Positions 1 to 14,249 are shown, counted from the first letter of the stretch. The stretch is DNA of 64,000 nucleotides from the human T2T-CHM13v2.0 reference genome, Homo sapiens (GCF_009914755.1 NC_060947.1), one strand, 5' to 3'. Numbers and translations: made by a program. Notes: a model not told the origin generated them from the letters alone.

Positions 1-1409
1 TTTCCTTTTGTGAATTTACCTTTGGTTTTGTCAACTGACCCACATTTTAAGTTTTCAGATTTGATATATTTGAGATTTTAATAGCAAAATCAATTTTTTA
101 CACACATCCTACTTTCTCTATGTTCAGACCAGTTTCTATCTATAGTTCCAGGTCACTGGAGGTAGGGGCAGGTTTCTCTTTTCAGTATTCCTAATCTTAC
201 AGAAAACAGCTTTTCTCCCAAGCCCTTTTGTCACTCCTCCCTTGGACAAGGGAAGACTGATGTGATGGGTCAGAATCAGGAGCACTATCAGCAGTACCAC
301 CTTCCAATGTGACACCCATGCGTGTAGGACATGGCCATGCTCTTCCCTCTCACAATACCAAAGTGATAAGCTGAGCCAGTGCCTACTATGAAGGCTGGGC
401 TCTGCCACATTACTCCCTATTCCTTTCTTCTTACTGGAGATTTGGGACTCTGTTTTCCACACACTAGGGGTCAACTGGTTATAAGATGCAGAGTTAGAGA
501 GTTGGAGAGACCCTGCTTCCTTCTTGAGTCTGGGCCTGTGCTTCAACCCAGCTTGGCCTGAGATCTCTGCATTGAGGGTCATGGGAATTGGCCCCGTGAA
601 TTATATTCAGGGTCCTTGTGTGCGTGTCTCCTTCAGAGAAAACCCTGGGAAGAGACAGAGCAGCAGTGTAGGGTAAAAGTGGGGCATTTTTGTGTCCTCT
701 GGACAAATACTAGCCCCACACTGTCAGATTCTCACCAGTATATACATTTGGATGTCTCTCACTCCATTATAGATGGTATAGATGGTGACCCGAATGTCAC
801 AACTCACATTGAAGCATCACATGAAACCATTCCCTAATCATGCTACCATCTAGAGGTCAGTACTTGGTGTTTTCAGGCATGGTTGGTGGATTCCATGCAT
901 GAAGGGATAAGGTAAATATCTGTTGATGTGAAGATGGTCAAGGCCTCCTGAATTCCAGTGGTTCCCCCACCCTTGTCTCTTTCCTCAGGGGCTCATGCAT
1001 CAACCTCAGATAACAGGAAGCCAGTATTCTGGTTTTTAAATTGATCTCACAAAAACAGGTTGTCTTCATTTGGGCCTCATTTAAGCCCTCAGAACTTTGA
1101 ACTTGACATTTATATGATCCAAATTGCAAATACATCCCATGGCTGACTCACTCACTGGCTTCTGTTCGAATTGGCCACTTACGGTCCTCTTCAGTAATTA
1201 CTTCCCCATATCTAAATAATCATCATCTTTCCTTGCATACAATGTTATTTTATGTACTTCATTCACATTTTACAATTGTCTTCACATAGAAAACATATAT
1301 CACTCACTTTTAAGACATGCCTTCCAGCTATCACTAAGTCTTGTATTTCAAATTTTCTCCTTACTTAGAGGTAGCCCAGATGTCCTGCATTATCACTACC
1401 ACTTACCAA

Positions 1410-1487
1410 TATAGATAGATGATTAATTGATAGATAGATAGAGATAGGTATGTAAGTAGGTAGATAGATAGATTAGATAAATAGATA
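1410..1487. repeat. degenerate (TAGA)n simple repeat
   Basis: atagatagatgattaattgatagatagatagagataggtatgtaagtaggtagatatagatgattagataaatagata. Confidence 0.85.
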
Positions 1488-2471
1488 ATTTTTTCCTTGT
1501 CACAAAATCTCATGCAGGTCAATGTCAACTGTGAATAGAGTCAAAATAGGATGAGATAAGCTTCTCTTTGGTGATCAGTTTCCAAATATGCTTCCACATG
1601 AACAGGTGGTGTCTTCTCTACAGTCTCTATAATCCATCCTAAGCTGCCTGTTCTATAACAGTTTGTTCACTACTGGAAAATCAGTTCTCTGTTCCCATAG
1701 GCTCTGTTCATGCCCACATTCATCTGCCATCCCAAAATAAAATCACTACTGAGATCACACTCATATCACATGGTGCCATCACTCAAATTGAACCCTAGAG
1801 AAATGGTAATGCACTAAGTATTCCCTAAAACATGCTCAGAAAATGAGAATGAAAGACCTCACGACAAACTTAAGATAGATGTGGTAAAATGGTTTCTGGA
1901 TGGGATGCATTTTTCTATTTAAGTTCATCTGAGCACTACAAGAAAGACTTGGCTAAAAGACTCAGTATCGGACTGTGTTAACAATACTGACTCACGGTGA
2001 ATTATAACACAACATATAACTTGAGAAACATTCACAACATATTGCAGCTTATTTTATTAACACACACCTTGGTGTTTAATGGTTATAGTTGATAATATTT
2101 ACCTGTGCCAGGGGACTAATACATTCATGGCTCCTAAATGTAAGGTTACCTATTTAGTAGATTTTTTATCCAACAAATTAAAAATATGAGCATGAGTAAT
2201 TTTGCTAAAGAGAAAGGATCTGATAACATTCCAGTGTCCCAGATAAAGGCATGAATACTTCATCATGAAATATTCAAAAGATTCCCAAGATAAACATTTT
2301 AACAATGACAAATGAAGCAGGTTATGATATTCCCTACCTGAAAGAGGAGGTCTCCATAATTCTTGTCTGTTCCTTACAGAGTGATATTAGGGATTTTCTA
2401 AAAACATACTCCCATCAGAATTCTTTCAAACCTCACTTACATGATAAACTTAAAACTTATTGGTATGTGAC

Positions 2472-5400
2472 TTTTTTTAACCAGCTTTATTTTTTAGAAC
2501 AGTTTCAGGTACACAACGAAACTGAACAGGAAGAACTCTGTATACACACTCACAGCCTCCCTGACTATTAATATCCGCCCCCCCCCCAGAGTAGTACATT
2601 TGTTACAACCAATGAATCTACTTTGACACATTATCACCCAAAGTCCATAATTTACATTAGGTTTTACATATGGCGTTGTACATTCTATAGGTTTGGACAA
2701 ATGTATAAAGACATGTGTCCACCATTATAGTATCATACAGAATAATTTCACTGCTCTAAAAATATGTGTTCTGCCTATTTATCATCCCTTCCTTCTAACT
2801 TCTGGCAACCACTGACCTTTTTATAGTCTCCTTCGTTTTGTCTTTTCCAGACTATCAAATATTTAAACTAATACAGTATGTAGTCTTTTCAGATTGACTT
2901 CTTTCACTTAGTTATATGCATTTTAAGCTTCCTTCATCATGTCTTTTCATGGCCTGATAGCTCATTTTTGGTACTGAATAGTATTTCATTGTCTGGATGT
3001 ACCACAGTTTATCTATTCACGTACTGAAACACATCTTTGTTGATTCCAACTTTTGGCAATTATGAATAAAACTGCTATAAACATCCATGTGCAGGTTTTT
3101 GCGTGGGCATAAGTTTTCATCTTATTGAGTAAATACCAAGGAGTCTGACTGCTAGATCATACAGTAAGAATATGTTTAATTTTGTAAGAAACTGCCAAAC
3201 TGCCTTACAAGGCTATACCAACAACAATGAATGAGAGTTCCCATTACTCCACATCCTTGTCAGCATTTGGTGTTAATGTTCTGGATTTTGGTGGTTCTAA
3301 TAAGTATATAATGACGTCTCATTGTTGTTTTAAGTTTTATTTTCCTGATGACATACGATGTTGAGCAGTTTTTCATATGCTCATTTGCCATCTATGTATC
3401 TTCTTTGGTGAGGTGTCTGCCAAAGTCTTTCGCCCATTTTTTAATAGAGTTGTCTTTTTTCTGAATGTTTAGTTTTAAGAGTTATTCATTCTTAGCAAAC
3501 TATCGCAAGGACAAAAAACCAAACACCGCATGTTCTTACTCATAGGTGGGAATTGAACAATGAGAACACATGGACACAGGAAGGGGAACATCACACACCC
3601 CGGGCCTGTTGTGGGGTGGGAGCAGGGGGGAGGGATAGCATTAGGAGATATACCTAATGTTAAATGACAAGTTAATGGGTGCAGCATACCAACATGGCAC
3701 ATGTATACATATGTAACTAACCTGCACGTTGTGCACATGTACCCTAAAACTTAAAGTATAATTTAAAAAAAAGAAAAAAAAAGAACTACAAAAAAAGAGT
3801 TATTCATATATTTTGGATAACGTTACTTTATCAGATGTGTCTTTTGCTAATACTTTCTTCCAGTCTGTGGCTTATCTTTTCATTCTACTAAAAGTGTCTT
3901 TCACAGAGCAGAAATTTTAAATTTTAATGAAGTCCAGCTTACCCATACTTTTTAAATAGAATGTACCTTTGGCATTATATCTAAAAAGTCATCACCAAAC
4001 CCAAGGTTATCTAGATTTTCTTCGATGTTATTTTCTAGTAGTTTCATAATTTTGCATTTTACATTTAGGTTGGTGATTCACTTTGAGTTAATTTTTGTGG
4101 AGGGTGTAGGTTCTGTATATAGATTCATTTTTTACATGTGGATGTCCAGTTGTTTCAATATCGTTTGCTGAAAACACTACCTTACTCCATTGTATTGCCT
4201 TTGCTCCTTTGTCAAAGCTCAATTGAATATACTTGTATTGGAACTACTGCTGGGCTCTCTATTCTATTCCATCGACCTAAGTGTCTGTTCTCTTACCAAT
4301 ACCACACTGTCCTGATTACTGCAGCTTTATAGTAAGTCTTAAAGTTGGGCAGTCTTCCAACATTTTTTTTCTCAGCAGAAACTTCAGAATTAATTTGTAA
4401 ATTTCCATGGAAATCCAGCAAAATCGCCCTGTTGGGATTTTGATTGGAATTGCACTGAATCTATAGATTAAGGTGAAAAGAATTGGCATCTTGACAATAT
4501 TGTCTTCCTACCCATGAATATGGAATCTCTCTACATTTATTTAGTTCTTTGATTTCTTTCATCTGAGACTTGTACATTTCCTCATATAAATCTTTTACAT
4601 ATTTTGCTAGATCTATATGTAAGCATTTCATTTTTCTGGATACTAATGTAAATTATATTGTGCTCTTATTTTCAAATTCCACTTGTTCACTGCTGATATA
4701 TATGACAGTGATTGATTTTTCTTGTATCTTGCAACTTGCTATAATTGCTTAGCTGTCCCAGAAGTTTTTCTGTCAGTTCTTTTAAATTTTTTACAGAGAC
4801 AGTCACGTCATCTGTGAACAAAAAGTTTTTATTTTTCTCTCCTGTTATGCAAACCTTTTATTCCTTTTCCTTGTCATATTACATTAGCTAGGACTTCCAG
4901 TATGATGTTGAAAAGCAGTGATGAGGGGGAACTATTTGCCTTAATCCTGATCTAGTGGGAAAACTTGTAGTTTCTCACCACTCAGTATAATGTTAGCTGC
5001 AGGTTTTTGTGAATGTTCTTTACCAAGTTGAGTAAATTCCTCTCTATTCCTAGTTTACTGAGAGTTTTTTTTTTATCATAAATGGGTGTTGGACATTGTT
5101 AAATGCTTTTTCTTTGTCTATTGATATGATTATGTGGTTTTTCTTTTTTAGCCTGTTGATGTGATGAATTACATTAATTGATTTTTGAACGTTGAATCAG
5201 TCTCGCATACCTGGGATGAATCTCACTTGGTCATGATGTATAATGCTTTTGATACATTGTAGGATTTAATTTGAAAAATTTCAGAATTTTTGCATCTATG
5301 TTTATGAGACATATTGGTCTATAATTTTCTGTCATGTCTTTGTCTGGCTTTGGTATTAGGTTTATGATGGCCTCATAGAATGAATTATCAAGTATTCCCT

Positions 5401-7335
5401 GTGCTTTTATTTTCTAAAAGATACTCTAAATAATTGGTAAAATTTCTTCAATGTTTGGCAGAATTCACTGCTGAACTCAATTTGACCTAATGCTTTAGTT
5501 TTAGAAGGTTGTTATTGATTCAATTTCTAAAATAGATATGGGCCTATTCAGATTGTCTATTTCTTCTGTAAGTTTTGGCAAATTGTATCTTTCAAGGAAT
5601 TGGTCCATTTTCTCTAGATTATCAAATTTGTGGGCATGGAGTTGTTCATAGTATTTCTTTATTATTCTTCTAAGGTCCATGGCATCTATAGCAATGTCCC
5701 CTCTTTCATTTCTGATTTTAGTAATTTGTTTCCTCTCTTTTTTTTTCTTAGCCTAGCTGGAGTCTTGTCAGTTTTATTGATCTTTTCAAAGAACCAGCTT
5801 TTGGCTTCATGGATTTTCTCCACTGATTTTCTATTTTCACTTTCATTGATTTCTGCATTACTTTTTATTTTTTTAATGCTCACTTTGGATTTAATTTACT
5901 CTTCTTTTTCTAGTTTCCTACAGTGAAAGCCTATAGATTTTAGATCTTTCTTCTTTTCTAATACATGCATTCAATACTACAAATTTCCCCTGAGCACTGC
6001 TTTCACTGCATCCCACAAATTTTAATACACTGTATTTTCATTTAAAATATTTTTAAATTTCTTTGATGCTTCTTCATTGATACATGTGTTATTCGGAATT
6101 ATGTTATTTATTCTCCAAGTACTTGAAGATTTTCCAGCTTTTTTGTTACTAATTTCTAATTTAATTCCATTTGGTCTAAGAGCATACTTGTATGATTTCT
6201 ATTCTTTTATATTTGTTGAGGTATGTTTTATGGTCCATAATGGAGTCTAGCTTGGTGAATGTTTCATAAAAATTTGAGAAGGTATATTCTGCTAATGTTG
6301 CATTAAGTAGTCTATAGATATCCACCATACCAGGTGATTTATGGTGTTATCGACTTCAACTACATACTTATTGGTTTTCTGCCTGCTGAATGTGTCAGTT
6401 GTGATACAGAGATGTTGATGTCTGTTACTATAATGGTGGATTCATCCATTTTTCCTTGCAATTCTATCAGTTTTCACCTCACATATGTTGATGCTCTCTT
6501 GTTAGGCACATACATGTTAATGATTGTTACGTCCTCTGGAAAAATTGACCCTTCATCATTTGGAATACCCCTTTTATTCCTGATAACTTTTCTTGCACTG
6601 AAGTCTACTCTCTGAAATTAATACAGCTATTCTTTTCTTTTGATTGGTGTTAGCATGGCATATAATTCTCCATCTATTTAATCTGTATGTGTCATCATAT
6701 TCATTGTGCATTTCTTGAGACAATATATATTTGGGTCTTGTTTTTTGATCCACTTTGTCAATCTCTGTCTTTTAATTGGTGCATTTCGAAGGCTGATGTT
6801 CACAGGGATTATTTATATAGTTGAATTAACAGCTACCATATTTGCTACTGTTTTCTATTCATTGCCCTTGTTCTTTGTTCTGATTTTTGTCTTCCACTCT
6901 TTTTCTACCTTTCGTGGCTTTGAGCATTTTATATGATTTTATTTTCTCTCCTTTCCTAATATATCAGTTATACCTCTTTTTTGTAACTGTTTTTACTGGT
7001 TGCCAGAGAGTTTGCAATATGTACTTACAACTAATCTAAGTCCACTTTCAAATAACACTATACTGCTTCATGGGTAGTCTGAATACCTTGTAATAATAAA
7101 ATATTCTAATTATTTCCTCTGGTCCCTTCTATAATAGCTATCACTCATTTCAGTTATACATAAGCACACATAAGCATATGTGCTTACACATAAGCATACA
7201 TAACTGGATATACTGTTGCTATTATTATTTTGAACAAACTGTTATCTGTTCGACCAATTAATAAGGAAAATAAAGTTATTTTACCTTCACTATTTCTTCT
7301 CTGATGCTTTTCCCTTCTTTATATGTATCTTAGTT
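2472..7335 (-). mobile_element. old LINE-1 (L1MC-type) 3' end plus ORF2 remnant
   Basis: L1MC-like 3' UTR (cagagtagtacatttgttacaaccaatgaatctac...cccaaagtccataatttacattagg). Minus-strand ORF2 peptide KIHEAKSWFFEKINKTDKTPARL at 5686-5883. Confidence 0.85.
3490..3794 (+). mobile_element. young L1PA 3' fragment nested in the L1MC element
   Basis: L1PA 3' UTR (ggggggagggatagcattaggagatatacc...cttaaagtata) plus poly-A. TSD aagagttattcat at 3477-3489 and 3795-3807. Confidence 0.93.
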
Positions 7336-8544
7336 TGCAAACCTGAGAGAAATATGAGGGAACTTCAGTGATGCCTTGAAGCATCATAGTCCAAGCGTAT
7401 TGTTTATTCTATGTGAAAAAAAGACAGTGGGAGTAAGGAAAAGGGGATACTAAAAAAGGCTAAAGAGAGACCTACTACTATGTTCAATTTGGAGGCAGAA
7501 AAGCTAGGATAATATTTGTGTTGGGGACCAAGGGAAATGTGTACATTATGTAATTTATATCCCTTAAATCTTTATTCATAGAGTTATTCACATTCATTTG
7601 GACTTCTTATCTGGAGATGGGGTGCTGCAGAGACTAGTACAAGGAATGAGTAAGCCCTTAGCTATGAAATCTGCAACAATGGGCTGTATTCCCTCCAACA
7701 CTTACAGTTTTAGGAGATACTGGGACAATTTAGGCAGAAGCATTATGGTGTCAGTATTGACTTGTATGGCTTTAATATTACTTATTTACCCCATGTCTGC
7801 AGATGATGTGGACCAGAAAATATGGGGTACTGAAAAAAACAAATCAGAAAATTAAGGTTATTCTAGGGATAAGAGAGTTGGAAACAGTGCAGGATAGAAA
7901 AGGGAAGCCACCATAAGATGGTACATTGGGTCATCCCATTCAGGGAGATCAAGAAAAAATCTTTCAGATATGCACCTAATCATGACTCCTCATTGAGCCA
8001 AAACATCCTATCCTGATAGGTTGGACTGGGTGGAAAGACTGAGGAGAAAGGCAAGTTAAGATGTGAAGTTACCTAAAGAGGTGGGCAAAGGGGTAAAGAG
8101 AAAGAATATATTCAACTGGTAAGTCACACCACTGAAATCTCTTTATTACTTCAAGGTAAGTTGGAAAGAAATTGGGAGGAACTATTGGTGAAGACTGTGG
8201 CTCCAATGTCTATAAAAAAGTAGATGACCGTGATGGTTAATTTTATGTCAACTTAGCTAGGCCATAGAAACACTACTTTAGATGCTTCTATAATGATATT
8301 TTTAAAATGAGATTACAATAGACTGAATAAAGCAGATTACCTTGCATAATGTAGGTGGTGTGTTTCATCCAATCAGATGAAGATCTTAATAGAAAAAAGA
8401 CTGATGTTACCCAAGGAAGAGGGAATTCTGCCAGGAGATAGCTTTCAGACACAAGCTGCAAGGTCAACCCTTGGGTCTCCAGGCTGCTGGCCTACCTGCA
8501 ATTTTGGACTTGACAGCCTCACAATCATGTATCAGTTCCTTAAA

Positions 8545-8583
<39 letters not shown>

Positions 8584-9370
8584 TTCTGGTTCTCTGGAGA
8601 ACCGTGATTAATACAATGGCCATTTACTAACAGAGTTCTTTCTCTTTGCTAAATCAAAAGCAATTGGAGACACTAAGGACAGATTCCTTGGGAATCATAT
8701 TGTTTCCAATCGAGCAGCTTTTTGGGCTGCTTGTGTCCTGGTCAAAGCAATAAAATTGTAGGCATAGTAACATCCTCCTCCCAATATATGCAAGTATTCT
8801 TGCCTATCTGTTTTGTATTTGTGGAGGGTCTTTTGTTTCCCTCAAGTTAAGCTGTAGTGTTGCAAGTTTTTGCATGTAGTTTTATCTTTGTTTTTCAGGG
8901 TATCCTCAAAATGCTGGACTAATTGTTGTAACTCATGAATGGGTATTGTCTGCCAGCCTATTTTCTGCTTCTGAACAGCAGCTGATATTTCAGGCTTAGG
9001 GCTATTAACAAAAAAGGTGGTAATTTCAATGCTGATGTTAGCATTAATTCCCAACCCTGAGCATTCTTTAAAGTGATTTACAATAAAGATTCATTCCATC
9101 TCTGTCAATAGGGTTAGACTGTTCCCCAGTAACTGTGAGAGGGATAAACTTCAATATACCATTTAAAAGACCTTCTTGTATCTATAGGGCATCAAGGTTA
9201 GCCTAAATCCTCATTTATGGTAACCCATTTGGCCTTGTCACACCAGGTTCTAGCACCTCCAGGTTCTACTAAAAGGTGTGTTAACTAATGTAAATCTGGA
9301 AGCCATTTCAGTCAGCCTCTTAGTCAGTAGGAAATCCTCTCAGATTTTGCCAAGTAGTTGGCAGCCAACC
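7336..9370 (-). mobile_element. ERV1 (class I, MER4-group-like) internal remnant: gag and 5' RT
   Basis: Minus-strand translation through stops and frameshifts. Gag: PDLH*LTHLLVEPGGARTW and FFVNSPKPEISAAVQKQKIGWQ..ELQQLVQHFE. RT: SQYLLK..LEGIQPIVADFIAKGL..PCTS..STP, KDLRDIN, AFFSIP, QYAWTMMLQGITEVPSYFSQ. Truncated by L1MC and interrupted by MLT2. Confidence 0.75.
8229..8615 (+). mobile_element. MLT2-family solo LTR (ERVL) containing (CA)n
   Basis: Starts gtgatggttaattttatgtcaact, ends ctctggagaaccgtgattaataca. (CA)n at ~8547-8580. Degenerate 5-bp TSD atgac/atggc. Confidence 0.85.
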
Positions 9371-10084
9371 GTAACTTAGGAAACTGAAATCACAAAGAAT
9401 GGGGATAAAAATAAGTAACAGGACAGGTGGTTAGGGAGCCTTTTCAGCCTTCTATTAAGAATAGAGTGAAGTTACACAAAAAAAGATTGAGAAGACTACA
9501 TAAAAGTAAAATTATCTATGCCTCTGAAAACTACACATTTAGGAAGCAAAAACCAGGAAAAGTATTTGCAATGTATGTGACAGAATGGAAGATCAGTATC
9601 TTGACATATAACTTACAATCATTAAGATAATTATCTTTAAAACATTGATAAATACTGGTTAGGGTATAAAAAAAACAAGAATTCTCACATAATGTCAGTG
9701 GCAATATAAATGGGTATTGTGTTTCTTGCAATGCACCAAGAGAGTTAAAAGCGATCATGCCTTTCAAACCAGTAAATCTATTTTTGGAAATCTATTATAA
9801 ATAATCAGAGATGGTAAAAAATATATGTGTGCAAAAGTATTCTTTTCATTTAATGAAGGGATAAACTTTAAGAAATCTATCAATGTGCTTTCCTCCTACA
9901 CATTTCCTTGACTGAATGGCCCTAAAAACTAGTAGTATGAATTTTCTACTAGAAGGCAGAAATGGGAAATTGAAGGAAAGGTGTCAGCTCTATGTAAATC
10001 TGAAGAGTACATTTTATCAAACTCGGTCTCATGGATTGCAAATCCTAATACACACATTGTTGTGAATACTGGAGATAACAACAA

Positions 10085-10310
10085 CAATAATTATATGTCT
10101 ACAATTGCCAGGAACTAAGAACCTGTTGTGCTATTTATGGTGACCACCATCCTCCATGAAGCACGTGCTATTATAACCTTCATTTTGCTCACGTGGAAAC
10201 TGTGATACAGGAAGAAGCAGTAAATTGCCAAGGTTCTTGGGGTTCCTCAAAGAGGGCACTGGCGTTCAGATCACCGGTCTATCATACACAAGATTATACG
10301 CTGGTTTACA
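10085..10310. mobile_element. MIR fragment
   Basis: MIR-core-like ctattataaccttcattttgctcacgtggaaactgtgatacaggaagaagcagtaaattgccaagg. Confidence 0.55.
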
Positions 10311-11299
10311 GAACGTTTTCCTGCCTCCAGTGCAAGAATGAAATAAAAGACAAACTGGGTAGAGTGTAAAACAGCCAGCAAAACTTTTTTCAAAATGGTA
10401 ATAATTTAATGCTCACAATAAAGTGCTAAGTGGAAGGGTGAGGGGGAAGCCACGTTGTTTCATCCAGTATCATCCAAACATTATTTAAAAATACACCGTA
10501 TTTACAAAGATAAACATCTGGAAGAAATAAGGTACTTGTTCATGTATTCAAAACTGTATGTTAAGAACACTCCTCTACACTCTTGTCAGTTTGCCGAAAA
10601 GGCAATGGTGAGCAAAAACAAAGCAGAACAATCACAGTTTCTGTTCTTAGAAAGGTTACATGATCACATTTACCAATGAGATAGGGGGTCAGGGGTTATT
10701 TTTGCTTTCCATTTCAGTTATTAAGTATTTTTTCGACGCTTCTAGACTGTGTATTGTTTTAGAATGGGAAATGAATAAAAATTTTCAAGCATTTTTCAAA
10801 TGATTTTTAGGACACGGTAACTCACACTGAAAATCTGAGTTTAAAAAAGATGAACTAACGATGGAATATGAACTCGTGTTTAAAATGCACCTTTGGGAAT
10901 GAAAAACTCTAAGGAAACAACAAATATTATCAGTGGTCATTGCTGGGTGATGGGACTGAGGGTAAGACTGGCTTTCTTTATTACACTGTATTTGTCCTCC
11001 AAATTTTCTACAGTGAGGTTGAGTCACTTCCATAATAAAAGAGTGCGTGCATTTATCAATATAAAACCAGGTCCACAAAGCCCAGTACAACCTGGGGACA
11101 GTGAATGACAAGACCATTGAGAGAAGTCAAAATACAAGTTACTAAGGAACCTAGGCATCATCTCAAGAGGAATGCCAATTTCAAAAGCAAAAAGATTTTG
11201 TTCATCAGCTCTGAGTTTTCTTAAGAGACACTACCCGCTCCGCTTCACCCCCTAAAAAACAGGCAGCCCCAGCAGCAGGACTTGGCAGGTTTAAGAACC

Positions 11300-12100
11300 A
11301 ACCTCTTCTCTCAAAAAAGATTCCGCGGCATTTTTTTCAAGCAAGAAGGGCGGGGGGAGAGGCGAGTTGGGCGTATCCATGGAGCAATATTGCCACCTGC
11401 AGGCCACAAGAATGAAGCGCCACCAACCGCGGAAGAAAATTCATCCTTTCTACTGCTTCTCGGCAAAGAGCCGGTAGAGCTAACCTGAGGAAGCTACGCA
11501 GAATGAAGATGAGGACCAGAGAATAGACTAGTACCGGTCAGACAGGCCCCGACGAACCGGCCGTACAAGGCAGCCTCCCATAGTCCCGCCCTCGGAACCA
11601 TAGCAACCCAGCAGGAAGTTCCTGCGCCACCGGAAAAAGCAGCTCTCGGGGCGGGGCTGGCCTAGGATTGACGGGCTCTGGGCCTGCGCATCGGAGTCCG
11701 GGGAGGTAGGCGCTAGTCTCCTCAGGGTCAGCCGCAGGACTCCTTCCCTGCTATTGAGAGTTGATGGCTCAGGCTCGCGACCGCTGAAGGCCAGGCTCTA
11801 CTGCATGGCTGCACCAGCCGCCTCACGTTCGAGACCTGTGCCAATCCCATGGACACTCTCCCAGCCAGCCCCTGGACACGCTTCTCATGTGACGCACGCC
11901 CTGTCCTCCTCTCAGCCCTCACAGCACGGATCCTCCCCGGCGACCTCAGCGCCCCCGGGGCTGACCAGGCCGCGGCCGGCTCTCCTCCGTCTTGAGGGGG
12001 CCTCCTCCTCCCCACCTAAGTCTCCTCCGCGCGCGGTAATGCTCTGGGCCTCAGGAAAGACCGCGCCCCTTCACGATGTCTATTTCTTGCATCCCGCACT
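11300..12100. promoter_or_regulatory. CpG-island-like promoter with no recognisable linked coding exon
   Basis: Local GC and CpG enrichment. RFX-like CCATAGCAAC (~11598), ETS CAGGAAGT (~11612), GC box GGGGCGGGGC (11648-11657), NRF1-like TGCGCAT (~11685). Candidate donors on both strands (gag|gtaggc ~11706 plus; tag|gtggga ~12016 minus). Confidence 0.75.
11384..11406 (-). promoter_or_regulatory. CTCF motif
   Basis: gcaatattgccacctgcaggcca; the reverse complement TGGCCTGCAGGTGGCAA fits the CCASYAGRKGGCRS core. Confidence 0.6.
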
Positions 12101-12479
12101 CTCATCATGGGCAGCACCCCATCCAGTCCTAACAGCTCCCTCTCTCCAATGCCCCAGCATCCACAGCCTTCAGCCTCAAGGAGGCCTGTCCACTGACCCC
12201 AACCGCGTTCCTCACCATTCACCTTCCTTACCCAGCTTACTCAAAGCTATTAACTCTCGCTCCTCAAACGCATCTCTTCATTTTCCTTCCTCCCTACTCG
12301 CCTGGCAACCCCCTGCCTTCCCCCGCCCCCCTGTAACCAAGTAGACAAACAATGTGCACCCTCCACAAGTGTACCTTCTCTCTCCTCTCCCTACAATAGC
12401 CCCCACAAGGACTAGCACCAACTCTTCTCATGATATTCCTTGATATTCCCCTGAAAAAACAGGAGCGATTGGAGAGAAA

Positions 12480-13020
12480 CTCTCACCACTTCCCAACAGC
12501 AGTGGGCCTGCACTTGTAATCTCAGCTGCCCCACTGGAGGAAGTGACAGGATCCTACTTGAGGCCGGGCCTTCACCTGAATCCCATGCCCTCTACCTTCT
12601 CAAGGTAGAGACTTTTGTAGTGATTATCCCTTATTCCTGAATTGTCACATTCTTTCTTTATTCTGGATTCTTCTGTCATCTATAAACATGCTCTTGTTTC
12701 TGACATTTTATACAAAATGTAATAAAACAGAAATCAGTTCCTTATCCCATATTTCTCCAAGGTAATGACACATTTCCCTGATGCTCCAAGCAGCAAATCT
12801 GTCTTCCCTTGTTCTATAATCATTATCATTACAAACCTCTTCAATGCAGCTTCTACCTGCTCACCTCTCAACAGAAAAATGCTTTTGTTAAAGGCACCGA
12901 TGGCCTTCATATTGCCTAACACTATGATCACGTCCTCATCCTTTTACACTATATGTCCAGATGCCTTCAGTACATCTGACACCTCCCTCCTTCTCAAAGC
13001 TACTCTCCTCCCTCCTTCTT
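12480..13020 (+). mobile_element. L2 ORF2 remnant
   Basis: gcttttgttaaaggcaccgatggccttcatattgcctaac...tcctcatcctt...cacctccctccttctcaaa resembles the L2 RT-region consensus. Confidence 0.6.
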
Positions 13021-13400
13021 TATTTCCCTCCCTGTCTTCTCTCCTCTTTGCCCTGCCTTGTTTTTCTTCTTAATCATAAAATTATTTTATTGATATTTTA
13101 AGTGGCATAAATACAATAAATTTGAGGGAGAATGAGGAAGATGTTAGCTAATGAATAGGTCATGTAGGCCTCCACAAAGCTTCAGGACTAATACAGACAT
13201 GAACAGACACCTGAGCTTGCCCTTGTAACTCCGCGAACACACCACAAGCTTCAGGATAGTTTGTCTCTGATGCTCAAGTAGTCTCAGGAGTTACCAGACA
13301 ATGGTGGGGAGAGATAGCTTAGAAGTGACGCTCTCTGTACACACATATAAAAACCGCTGATGCAGCACCTTGTAGGCCCCTTTTAAAGCGTGATGATTCC

Positions 13401-13842
13401 TGTGATGGTTAATACTGAGTGTCAACTTGACTGCATTGAAGGATGCAAAGTATTGATCCTGGGTGTGTCTGTGAGGGTGTTGCCAAAGGAGATTAACATA
13501 TGAGTTAGTGGGCTGGGAAAGGCAAACCCACCCTTAATCTGGGTGGGCACCATCTAATCAGCAGCCAGTGCGGCCAGAATGTAAGGCAGGCAGAAAAACG
13601 TGAAGAGACTAGGCTGGCTCAGCCTCGCAGCCTACATCTTTCTCTCATACTGGATGCTTCCTGCCCTCGAACATCAGACTCCAAGATCTTCAGCTTTGGA
13701 CCCAGACTGGCTTCCTTGCTCCTCAGCTTACAGACGGCCTATTGTGGGACCTTGTGATCGTGTGAGTTAATACTACTTAATAAACTCCCATATAGATATA
13801 TATATATTACTTTTGTCCCTCTAGAGAACCCTGACTAATACA
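13401..13842 (+). mobile_element. MLT2A (HERV-L) solo LTR
   Basis: tgtgatggttaatactgagtgtcaacttga...ctagagaaccctgactaataca. TG...CA ends and 5-bp TSD attcc/actcc. Confidence 0.92.
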
Positions 13843-14249
13843 ACTCCCTTTGAACTCCAAGTTTATTTTTACAGAGAGCTTGTCCTGCTACTGACAGTGT
13901 ATTGACTTGTATTTGGTAATCCCTTCCATTTTGTGTTTCTTTATCTGTTAGTCAATCTCCTTCAAACATTCCAAATAAATTTGAATTCTACAAGAGAAAG
14001 TACAAATCCTAAAGCCTTCCCTTTATGATCTGGATTTAATATGGGAATCCTTATGTCAACATGAAAGATAAGGAAAACAAAAGAATGTTCTGTTCCAGTC
14101 ATGGGGGAGTAGAAGGCATGGAGACAGTGTCTCATCCCAGTCTCTCTTCTAAGGGCCTTATCTTACATGTGACAGGTGTGTCAGAGAAGTGGAAGGGAGT
14201 TCCAAATAAAGAGATTTTTGCCCAACTGAAATTTAGGACTCAGAAGTTT

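Noticed and set aside
136-582. 148-aa minus ORF and plus-strand PTMKAGLCHIT, faintly like spindlin APIMKAWFYIT
   Set aside because: The similarity does not extend on either side; likely chance.
1040-1100. Minus-strand aaatgaagacaacctg resembling PAGE/XAGE exon 5 3' UTR
   Set aside because: Short match only, wrong strand and position for the pseudogene, no preceding exon 5 coding sequence.
11754-12344. 196-aa Pro/Ser/Ala-rich ORF
   Set aside because: Non-ATG start, low-complexity composition expected of GC-rich CpG-island DNA, no recognisable domain.
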